From Lingula anatina (Eukaryota > Animalia > Brachiopoda): a stretch of DNA of 64,000 bases. Of the stretch, positions 12,915 to 23,600 are shown piece by piece. The notes under the pieces were generated by a model, which saw only the letters and a program-made list of their open reading frames with translations, searched no databases and had not been told where the DNA came from. The first letter of the stretch is position 1. The number at the start of each line of letters is the position of its first letter. Made by a program: the position numbers and the translations under genes. Where the stretch lies: assembly GCA_051362555.1 (NCBI GenBank), contig CM120640.1, forward strand, positions 44,494,788 to 44,558,787, in the 5' to 3' direction.

Positions 12915-15785
12915 TAGTGAAAGGACATGGGATTTGATATGAGTTGATTAGTTTTGAGAATTTTCAGTGTGGTTTAAGGAATAAAAGTTGGAGTTCATAT
13001 GCTATTCTGCAAATGTTTGAAAAGACATTTTAAAGACTGAACTGTCAATTAACATGTTTTGAAAGAAAGGAAGGGATGTTGTGTTTTGACTTGACATTTG
13101 AATGAACTTTTGTTAATTTTGTAGAGTTACTTGTTCCATTGTTGATTCCTTTAATAATTATAAGCTTGTCAAGGAGCCGGATGTATCATTTCTTAGTGTT
13201 ATGGATTTGAAAAAAGCGCAAGCATTGCAAACTTGTTCAATTCATTGAGTGATTTGATTCGTGATGTGATTTAATTCAAAAGCATTGATACTGGGGTTTG
13301 TTTTTGTGCACATGTAATTATCTTTTAATTGTACATCTATATCTGTGCTGGAGTATACATATTTTTTTTTCAGAATTAACATGTATGTACAGTACTGTAG
13401 CCAGCATGCAAGTTGAATTGAAACAGTTACTGCATGGTTATTTATAATTTTGTTATAACTCTCCATCATGTAAAAAACAATGTTTTTTCATTCATTATTC
13501 AAGATTTATTCATTACAAAACTATATTCATTAGTGATTATTATTATTAATGATATGTTTGAATTAGTTTAAAAATGACAATGTATAATATTATTTAGGTT
13601 GAGGTGTGCAAAAATATTTCCCCCTCAAACCCCTCCCCCCCCCCCATGTACATGCATAATTAATTACAATTTTTGTAATTTGTGTTAATTCAGATTCGAT
13701 GAGCAGCTTTGTGTTGAAAAAAAAAATTGTTGTTATAACTGTTTTCTTTGCATGTATGTAAGTGACATTTCCTCCTGTTAAGTGTCTGTATATTTGCCTT
13801 TTCGCAGTGTAGTTTTTTTTTCAAACATACATTGTTTTGTATAAAAAGACAAGGAGTGACCCTTAATTTGTTACATGTTAGTTGCCAGCAAGGTTATATA
13901 ATGTGTAATAATTTTGTTTAGGGTTTTAGTACAGAATAAATACTTGAATCTTGAATCTTGTATGTCTTTTTTTATAGTAATCTTATTGAATAATTAAAAA
14001 TAATTAAAAAAAAAAAAAAAAAAAAAAACAATCTGGGCCATATGTGGTCCATATCCGGCCCTAATCTGGCCCACTTCTGGTCCACATCCGGCATGCCATA
14101 CCTTTGCCAGATATTGCCAGATCTGGGCCAGATCTGGCCACATGAGCAAATGTGAAATAATAAAAAAAAAAACAATCTGGGCCATATGTGGTCCATGTCT
14201 GGCCCTAATCTGGCCCATTTAAATATGATCTGGCCCACATCTGGTCCACATCTGGCATGCCATACCTTTGCCAGATATTGCCAGATCTGGGCCGACATCT
14301 GGCCACATGAGCAAATGTGGACTGGGCCAGATGTGGCAATGTCTGGGCCAGATCTGGCCCAAACATTGCCACATCTGGCCCACATCTGGCAAGCCATACG
14401 TGGGCCATACCTTTTGCCAGACATTGCCAGACGTTGCCAGATCTGGGCCAGACGTGGGCCAGATCACTGAGGCTGTCTGGGAAGGTAGACCTTGATGACT
14501 TTGTCCATACTGTAAATTTGCCACCTTTTATATATATATATAGAAACATACTCTTTTAAAATAGTCACCAAGAATTAATCACCTCAATTTTATAGTCATT
14601 TACTTTCGGGGTTTTAAATTATTTTTTAAGCCCATTTGTTTTAATAATGGAAAAAATATTACTTTTTGCTTTAAAGTTTCAAATAAAGTGAGCGTGGATT
14701 CCTAGAAAGGCATATACATAAGTCACTTCCACTAGATTCTAATGGGAGTGAATATAAATAATAAAGCCGACGTGCTTCGTCTAAACCAAATCAATCCTTC
14801 ATTTTGCCAAAACATAGCTTTAAAACTGCGCCTTCTTCTAATATTATGTCGTAATTTGACCTATTCGATCAACTGTCGCTCCAGTTTAGTTTTACCCACA
14901 AATAATGCAGTACTGCACGCACATTGCATTTTCTTCACTCTCATGCATTAGCACTTATTCACAGCTAGGAGACCGCTGAGGGATATTTATAGCATAGAAA
15001 GAAAGCAGGAGACATCCATTCAGATATCGTTTTTCGGGAAATATGAAACAAGGCCCTTTGGTATTTCTCTAAATTATTCTATTTGAAACTATATGGTTAC
15101 ATTTGGTATTTTTTTATTTGATTTATTTATTTATTTACTTATATATATATATATATATTTTAAAGATTTGACATTAAATCAAATTAAATGTGTTTTGCGT
15201 CTTTTTCTTTATATTTCTATTACACAAAATTGGCCTTTTGAAAACAAGAAGTAGAGTTTCCAGACTGAGAAAAAATCTCTTTTAATATTCCGGTGTGTGT
15301 GTGTGTGTGGGGGGGGGGGGGTCATTTCATAATGCGGTTCTTTGTATTTTCATGACTCTTGAAAACGCAGACAGGATTTACATATTCGCAAGAGATCAAG
15401 ATTAATGAGCTCCAAGATTTCGAATATTAAAATATATATATATATATATTTGAAATTTTTATTCTTCGATGTTGACAGGACAGTTGTACCTAACACTTTT
15501 ATAAATCACCTTGGTGTGTTTGAACAAAGAGGAAGGGCGTAAACAGATATATATATATATCTTTTTGGTGAACGTGCTAAATATTGTTTTGGCCAAGACA
15601 AGACATGCTTTCTACTTCTCTATCCGCTTGTGTTTGACAGATTTTTTTACATTACAAATTGTCGTGGTTACATAACATGATATTTTTACTATTTACATCA
15701 TTATATAAAAGTCCAATATTACGAAAATAAACGTTTGTTTCAAACCGGAAATACAAGCTTTAATGTGGCTTGTCTTGCGCACAAA

Positions 15786-15795
15786 CTTCCTCTTT
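15786..15795 (+). promoter_or_regulatory. TCT initiator / 5' terminal oligopyrimidine tract of RPL12
   Basis: CTTCCTCTTT about 120 nt upstream of the ATG, typical of ribosomal-protein gene starts. Confidence 0.65.
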
Positions 15796-15906
15796 ACTCG
15801 CCATATTCGTCGGCCAGGTGCAACTTTTTTGGTAGTGTCCAAATCGGGCTCATCCAACACCTAGTCCGACCATTCTTGCTTCTACAAGCAGCAAATAAAT
15901 ACAAGA

Positions 15907-17870
15907 ATGCCTCCTAAATTCGATCCAAATGAAATTAAGATCAGTGAGTATTTTATTTATGAAATGTTATGTTTCAAACGCTCATTCCCTCGTTTGTACA
16001 GCACCACAACTCGGAGAAACGATCCTTCCAATATTTAATTGATGTTTGAGCACGCCTTTATTGTTGTAAGAAAAACCCATTATAATTACTGATCAGTAAC
16101 TTATCCATTTCAACTCAATCTATTGATTTTGTGATAAAACCCGTTTAATTTCATTTGTACTGGGGACCTGATAGTACATGTAACTAGTATTACAATTTAC
16201 AGTAAAGTGGAAGGACAATATGATATATCCTTACTGATTTTATTATATTTCTCGAAGGCTACTTATTTTGATGAAATGCTTAAATGTTACATTTCCTCCC
16301 TCTTTTCCAGTCTACCTCCGTGCTGTAGGAGGTGAAGTAGGAGCCACTTCTGCTTTGGCCCCCAAGATTGGACCTCTCGGTTTGGTATTTATGAATATTT
16401 GATTTCGTCTTGAACATCAATATTCACTTTGCTTTATTGAATCAGGGATAAACATAGATTTGTACTGTAGTTCTAATAAATTAATATTTTGAATTGATTA
16501 TTAATTCTTTTAATTGACAGGGTGTGAAATATGAATAAATTATAATCAAAGTATGAAGTAAAGAAAAGGCAGATATGTGGCTATTATTAATTTCCTCTGT
16601 GTAGAACAGTAATTGTACGCTTTAAACACACAAAATTATTTTACCTTTTAGTCGCCTAAAAAAGTAGGAGATGACATCGCAAAGGCCACTCAGGACTGGA
16701 AAGGTCTGAAGATCACAGTACAGTTGACTGTCCAGAACAGACAGGCTAAAGTGGATGTAGTGCCCAGTGCCTCCTCTCTGGTTATCAGAGCTCTGAAGGA
16801 GCCACCCAGAGACAGAAAGAAGGTCAAGCATAGTAAGTCTAGACCCAAGTGTATTTTGTACAATCCATTCACTTTTGTAGCAAAAAGATAGAACCTCAGA
16901 TGTTAAACTGGAAGAACTCACAATTTATTATGCTTAAAAAGAATGAATTTGATGTAATCCTTTTAAATACACTCTTTAAGGAAATATACTACTGTTAACA
17001 GTCTTCATGTTTGTGTATAAACACACATGCAATCCCACATTTTCTTCTTTTGTAAATTTTCTTTTCATAAGTAGGAATGAAACCACAGATTTACATACTT
17101 GACTTTGTTTTATTTTAGTTAAGCACAGTGGTAATGTAACATTTGATGAGATTGTTGAAATTGCTCGAATCATGAGACCAAGAAGCATGTCAAGGGATCT
17201 TTCTGGGACAGTGAAAGAAGTGCTAGGTGAGAATTTTGGCCTGTCTGGTTTGTCTTTGGTATTAAATATGTTCTTTCGTATTGAGTAGAATCTAAAACTT
17301 CATTTATTTGTAGGATATTAGTATGCACATAAAGACTTGTCTAAAGCTTGTTCAGCATAAGCTGCTTTTGCTGAATATGTACCCATAATTTATCATTAGA
17401 GATGGGCATAATTCAGTTAGTGCTGTGGTACCATAAAGCAACTTTCATGAAGTTTTCAGTCCTAATGTACTGTTTGTTCTTCCAGAAAGCATTTGGCAAA
17501 GTCTTTTTCTCACATATCTGCTGTGTAATTTGTTGTAGGCACTGCCCAGTCAGTAGGGTGCACAGTGGAAGGGGAACCTCCACATGATATCATTGACAAG
17601 ATCAATGAAGGAGAAATGGAATGCCCTACAGTAAGTGTTATTTCCTTTTCCAATTTTTCATGCTTTTTAAAATATATATATTGCCTTAATGCTGGCCAAC
17701 CACAAATTCTGTATTAAGCAAGCATCAGTTGTTGTAACCAAGAAACTTTTAAATAATTGTACCAAGTTCATGATGTAAGGTTTTTAAGCCGACAATAAGT
17801 CATTAATAATAACTTTTGCCAAATAGTCTAATATTTAAGATGCATTTTTAAATTTCTTTTGTAGGAATAG
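15907..17870 (+). CDS. RPL12: 60S ribosomal protein L12 (uL11), 6 coding exons, 165 aa
   Basis: Exons 15907-15943, 16311-16384, 16652-16832, 17119-17226, 17539-17630, 17865-17870, all GT-AG, total 498 nt. Translation [70 protein letters not shown]...[32 protein letters not shown]. Confidence 0.98.
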
Positions 17871-17972
17871 ACTGGAAATGGGGCTAAAATATGGACCCTG
17901 CTGAAACTGAAGATAAAATTTTCAAGACTTTAAAAGACTTCAAAGCAAAACTCTCAAGAAAAAAATGAGATA

Positions 17973-17978
17973 AATAAA
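17973..17978 (+). terminator. Probable polyadenylation signal of RPL12
   Basis: AATAAA about 100 nt after the stop codon, followed by a GT/T-rich stretch. Confidence 0.6.
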
Positions 17979-19650
17979 TAGAAAAATGAAAAAATTGGTT
18001 TTGTTGATTATAATGTGCATGTCCATAAGCTGTATGATTAGACACTGAACCTGTGAATGCTGAAGCAGAAAAGTAGGCTTGCGCTGCAAATTTTATTTAA
18101 TTAAAATGGGGTTGTCTTTGTCCTTTAGCATACGACAAGTCCCATTGGCATGCACTGCTCTGGTTCTTTCTGACAAACCTTTAAACTTGAACACATCTGA
18201 TGTTTTGAGGAGCACCTTCCTGGCTAAAATCTGTGTTAATACTGTGTTCAAATGAAATTTTCATTGGGTATCACTTCTACTTCAAAGTCGTGCAAATAAA
18301 TTTGAACCGAGCAATGGGTTTCCAGTAATGCACATAAACCAATTCCACCAGTGTGTTATACAACTCAAAGTCTACATGACAAGGGATTAACTGGATTAAT
18401 CTGTCAATAAGCCATGAAAGCGATTTAAAACTGCACCTTCTTGAAATTTTTGGTTGTAAATTGACCCATTTATCTACCCAGTTACATACAGCACAGAAAG
18501 TAAGCAGAAAATATTTGTAAAACATTTTTCGCGTAAAATGAACCCATATTATTTGGTATTTCTTTTATTTTATACTTTTTGAAACTAGATCTTAACATCT
18601 AGCTGCCAATGTGGCAAAAATTTGACTACAAATGCATCTTAAAAAACTTGAGGCAGACAAACTTAAAATGCTTAGAGAAAAAAGGAGTCTCAACTATGTA
18701 TATCCGACATGGCAACTAAATGTAGTAGGTGACCCATCAATGAAACTGTAATTCTGGAAGTTTTCTAGGGTGAGTACATGAGTTGAATATAAAAAACTAC
18801 AGTTCTGTTTCAAGTTTCTTAATTGACCAATTTATTCAGTTATTGATATATATGCACAAAAAGTATAAACAATACTGTCAATGCATGAAAATCCAACTTC
18901 AGAGATATAGATAGCCCCCCAAAAAAAGAATAATCAAGAACTGAACAATGGTTTTTGATTTAGCCTCACCAAATCACTTAAAGTTCTGTAGGACATAGTA
19001 TTATACAGCCAATGATGATGACCATCCTTAAACATAGTGACTGTAAGGAATAATATACATACAAGACATTTTTTGTTGTTTCAAATTACTTGTTTCAAAG
19101 AGCCAATAATTTCACTGATGTCATCCATGCCCACTCAGTTTCCATTTTCACATTAGAGTAAGAAAACTGAAAATTTTATGCTTCATGACAGAAAAAGGAA
19201 TTATCGCACTGACTCATTACAACAAGGATTAACACATCCTTGTTGTAAAGTTGGATTTCTTAAATTGAAAGAGTGACCAACTACTATGACTTAAAGGCTG
19301 CAATTTAAATTTCCTCTACTGTTAATTCAGAGAAAAAATTAGAGGCATTAATACTGTAGTCTCCTAAAGCCCAATTCCCAAAGACACATGATCAGCCTAC
19401 ATGGATTGAAACAACTCTGTGGAGATACATTAAATCAAGTGGTTCGTGCAACATTCCATTAAATAAATTGCAAGATTACCTGAAAACCCCTATCTATTGA
19501 TTTTAATATTAAAGATAAGAGAACTAATACAGTAAAACTTGCATGTAAGATCTAAACTAGAAGCTAGGATCTAATAGTGGGTTGTTAGGTAATGACTCTT
19601 ATTTCATTTTTACCAATTCTTAATTTAAAAAGTTTCAATTTAGTAGAAAA

Positions 19651-20310
19651 AAGCACTAAAAACTTTTGTCACAAATCAATTTCAAAAATTTATCACTCAT
19701 GAAATATTTCAATGTAAAGTTGGCCATCTTCGTCAATCTCAGAGTGACACAAGTGGCGCTGTGTCTCTTAGTCAAGAGTATTTGACACTGTCCCCATTTT
19801 CCTGATTCATTTGGCTTCCTTTGTTCCTCTGATTCTCTAGTTACTTTCAATTTGCAGAATCTTTGCACTCTCCCAGTGCATTATTTGCTTCTCCCGCTCC
19901 GGAGTTTAGTTTCCTTTGTGGTCTAGTGTAATTTTATCCTTCATTTATATTTTCAACTTCTTCCTTGTGTTCTTTTACCCTGACATTTTATTTTCTGTGT
20001 CTCTCCAATGTGTTGGCCTTCACAGATTAAACATTTGATGGAATAAACCAAAAAGCAGAGGAATAAAGGAAGCCATATGAATCAGGAAAACACTGTACAA
20101 CCTTCATAGAGATGAAGGCAGTTACTCTCTCCCACACCTGTACTATGACCTTTTAGTGTCTTGGGGGGGGGGGGGGGGGAACAGCAATTACTCTTGACTA
20201 GAGACAAAACGCCACCCGTGTCACTCAGACCGATGAATATGACCAACAATATATTTCACATGAGTGATAGTTTTTTAATTAATTTCTGTCAAAAAAGATT
20301 TTTATTGCTT
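19651..20310. mobile_element. Degenerate fold-back / MITE-like inverted-repeat element
   Basis: Left arm ~19651-19830 pairs with right arm ~20056-20310. Matching blocks include TATCACTCATG/CATGAGTGATA, GAGTGACAC/GTGTCACTC, TAGTCAAGAGTA/TACTCTTGACTA and TTTTCCTGATTCAT/ATGAATCAGGAAAA. Confidence 0.65.
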
Positions 20311-20696
20311 GATATAATTAATTGGGTTCTACATGTAATATGCTAGCTTTTAAAATACTTCAGTGAAGGAGGATTTTCATGGACCAAAGATGACTGAAGA
20401 ACTGACTGTTTATCTGTTTTTATATCACAACATATGTTTAAACACAATCTTATACTTAAGATAGGTGTATAAACAATGTCTACTATTTTTATACACAAAT
20501 ACGAGCCTTTCATACTTGCAAAATGGTAGACATACGCGACTGCTCTCAACTGATATTCATAGGTAGTTTACTTTGCATACACAATAAATATAATTTAACA
20601 TTTAATTATTTAACCCTCCAATCAATCTTGTCTCCTATTACCTCTCTGTGTAGGGTTGCAATTCAAGGTTTCCTGCTCAGTGGAAGGCACTCCAGT

Positions 20697-23600
20697 TCAA
20701 CTGAGTGTAGCCAGTTTATGCAATAATTCAGGATCAAGCTGTGACAACAGTGCTCCAATGGCTCGGGGGTCACAACTGGCCACCCCCTCAATAATCTAAA
20801 ACAAACAAATAAGCCAATTTATACTAAAACAAATAAACCAATTTATGCTAATAAATTGCAAAAGATTAAAAAAAAAAAGCATGTTCTTCTGCAAACAAAA
20901 GATTTGAATGCATTTCCTGACAAAAGGTCATCTAGTAAATTAACAACAACTGTTTGTAATTCATAAAATCGATGACTTCAAGTGAAATAAGGTTGGTTGT
21001 TATAGTACTGTGAACATCTACTGTAGTTTGAAGTGAGGAGTCCATTGGATATGCTCATTGCTAAAGAAAGTTCAACAGCCTTGTGTGCAAATACTTGTAA
21101 AACTCCCAGGTGCTTTTAACTTTTAAATGGCTTTTTTATATTAATTACCTAAATATCATTTTACTCATTTTAAGTTTTGAAAGCAATTTACCGATTCTAA
21201 AAAAGTTACTTGAAATAGCTATAAAATTTATTTGATGACATTTCACTTTTAAAGAGGAAAAGCAGATAAATGTCCACCACTACAATTTATTTAATCTTGT
21301 TATACATTAGGATTCAAATATTGTAGTCAATACCTTTGGTCCAGCATTAGCCAAAGCTTGGATAAGTGCAATGCAAGTGTCCCCTCCTGGCAATTGCATA
21401 AGTTGCTGTATTGCATTGTCCAATTCACTCCTGGCCTCGGCCTGAACCAGGGCCCTGGCCTAGAAGAGGTAGATTATATTATATTATTAACAAAAACAAA
21501 GCAGCATCACAGTTATATTTTTCTTTGTAATATTTTATCATCACCCAAGATCATTTCAAACCAGTTTTACCTGATCCATGAAAGTGGTTAGCTGGCTTTC
21601 CCCACTAAGTGTAGCACCAAGAAGCTGCTGAAAGCCTGCCATCCCTGACTGCCTTAGAAATTGCTGAACTAGCTCAAGGTTGACTGTGTTCATTATTCCA
21701 TCCTGAAAAAAGAACAGTAATCAGCATTATGAAACTATTTATACACATAGACATAGCATGGATAATGACAATTAAACCTTAAACATCACCAAATAGTGCA
21801 CATAAGATGTAACAAAACTTAACATGAAATTTAAAAATTCTGATACAACACTTATTTCCCTTGATTTCATCACTTAAAAATTTGACTTCAATCTATATTT
21901 ACTACCTAAATTGGAAATAAACTTACCATGTTTTCAAAAGTATTGACAAATTCATTTTGGTTACCAAATGCGTGGTCAACTCTATCATGTATATCACCTG
22001 CCGCCATGTCTCTCCTCCTCTTGGAACCTATTACCAATGATTGATTACCTCTATTTGGCTCGAGGTATATCATTCTGTTTGAATTTGTGCCGAGGTCATC
22101 ATCTATTTCATGTTTCCTGGCAACGGGGAGTGCTAATAAGGATGGCACTGGGGCAATACTTCGTGAATAGTCTCCAGTGGATACTGGCTTCTTATGCAGA
22201 TCCCGTGCTACAAGCTGTTTGTATCTAGTCTGATGCACCTCCTTGTATAAGTCATGGTAGGTCTCATAGGCCACACCAGGAAAGCGAACCAAGTAGTCAT
22301 TGTAAGTTTCTCTATACAATGGATAAGAATCCTGCTTCACATTAGATTTTCTAGTAGATTCTACCAAGTCTTCTGGTAATAATGTATTCCTTTCAAATCT
22401 TTCTCTTTCATCTCTTTCATGTTTCCCAACCTCTCGAAGACCTAATAAAGATGGTACTGGTTCAATTCCTGAGCAGCTCCCAAGGTTGACTGCCTTCTTG
22501 CCAAGATCCTGTGCTACAAGCTCTTTGTATCGTGTGCGGTGCACTTCTTGATATAAGTCACAGTAGGCCTCAAAGGTTGCATCAGGAAAACGAACCAAAT
22601 AGTCATTGTAAGTTTCTCTATACAATGGATAGGAATCATGTTTTAGAGCAGATTCTCTAGTATATTTTACAATGTCTTCTGGTAAACCTTTCTCCCTTTC
22701 AAATCTTCCCCCTTCATCTCTCATATGTTTCCCAACCTCTGGAAGATCCAACAAAGATGGCACTGGTGTAATAATTCCCGAATAGCCCCCAATGGATACT
22801 GGCTTTTTCTCGAGATCCCTTGCTACAAGCTCTTTGTATCGTGTCCGATGTACTTCTTGGTATAAGTCATGGTAAGTCTCATAGGCAGCACCAGGAAAAC
22901 GGTCCAAGTAGTCATCGTACGTTTCTCTATACAATGGATAGGAGTCCCAGTTCCTAATATATTTTCCAGTAGATTCTACCATGTCTTCTGTTAATAAGGC
23001 TGCCTTCCTTTCAATTCTTTCCCCTTCATGTCTTTCATGTTTCCCAACCTCTGGAAGACATAATAAAGATGGCACTGGTTCAATGATGCCCGCATAGCTC
23101 CCAGAAGTGATTGCCTTCTTGCTTAGATCCTTTGCTACAAGGTCTTTGTATCTAGTCTGATGCATCTCTTTGTACAGATCATAGTAGGCCTCATAGGTTG
23201 CATCAGGAAAGCGTATCAAATAGTCATTGTAAGTTTCTCTATACAATGGATAGGATTCCTGCTTCACATTAGATTCTCTAGCAGATTCCACCAAGTGTTC
23301 TGGTAAACTTGCCTTCCTTTCCATTCTTCCCCCTTCATCTCTTCCATTTTTTCCCACCTTTCTTTCATTCCCTCTCTTTTCATCGGGAGGTTCCCTTTGG
23401 TGTTTCTCCCGATACAAGGAGCAATACTTTCCATATGTGATATTTGGAAATCCCTTTCTGAATGTAAAAAAATCCTCATTTAATTGAGGGTAGATAATCT
23501 TGGATTCTTCTTTAGCTTTAACCTTTTCAACAGGGGGATCCCTTTTGTGTTTTTTCCAATACAAGGAAAAGTACTCTTGATAAGCGATATCTGGAAATTC

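Larger units (their letters stand above)
11856..13290 (+). mobile_element. Decayed, internally deleted Gypsy-like LTR retrotransposon nested in DNA transposon copy 2
   Basis: 5' LTR ~11856-12077 ending CA. PBS TGGCGACGAGGAT at 12079-12091. Interrupted gag-like frame from ~12133 (EPYRSPETLGSRSTRWLDSFNLFADGK...QRRRALMLYSAGTGVQDIFRTLPNTG). Protease relic ~12690-12900. PPT GAAAGAAAGGAAGGGA at 13061-13076, immediately followed by the TG of the 3' LTR (~13077-13290). The two LTRs share blocks such as TTTGACTTGACATTTGAATGAA and TTGAGTGATTTGATTCGTGATG. Confidence 0.8.
11483..14481. mobile_element. Non-autonomous TIR DNA transposon, copy 2, inverted relative to copy 1
   Basis: Reverse complement of 1927-4920, differing only by scattered SNPs and homopolymer lengths. 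Same TIRs. Flanks AA|...|AA give a different 2-bp TSD from copy 1. Confidence 0.85.

Noticed and set aside
1927-14481. piggyBac assignment based on CCC...GGG termini
   Set aside because: Neither copy is flanked by TTAA; both show 2-bp duplications.
20620-20699. Frame stays open for about 24 codons past the TGA of the zinc-finger gene (readthrough or selenocysteine?)
   Set aside because: That length is expected by chance, and no SECIS or readthrough context was identified.
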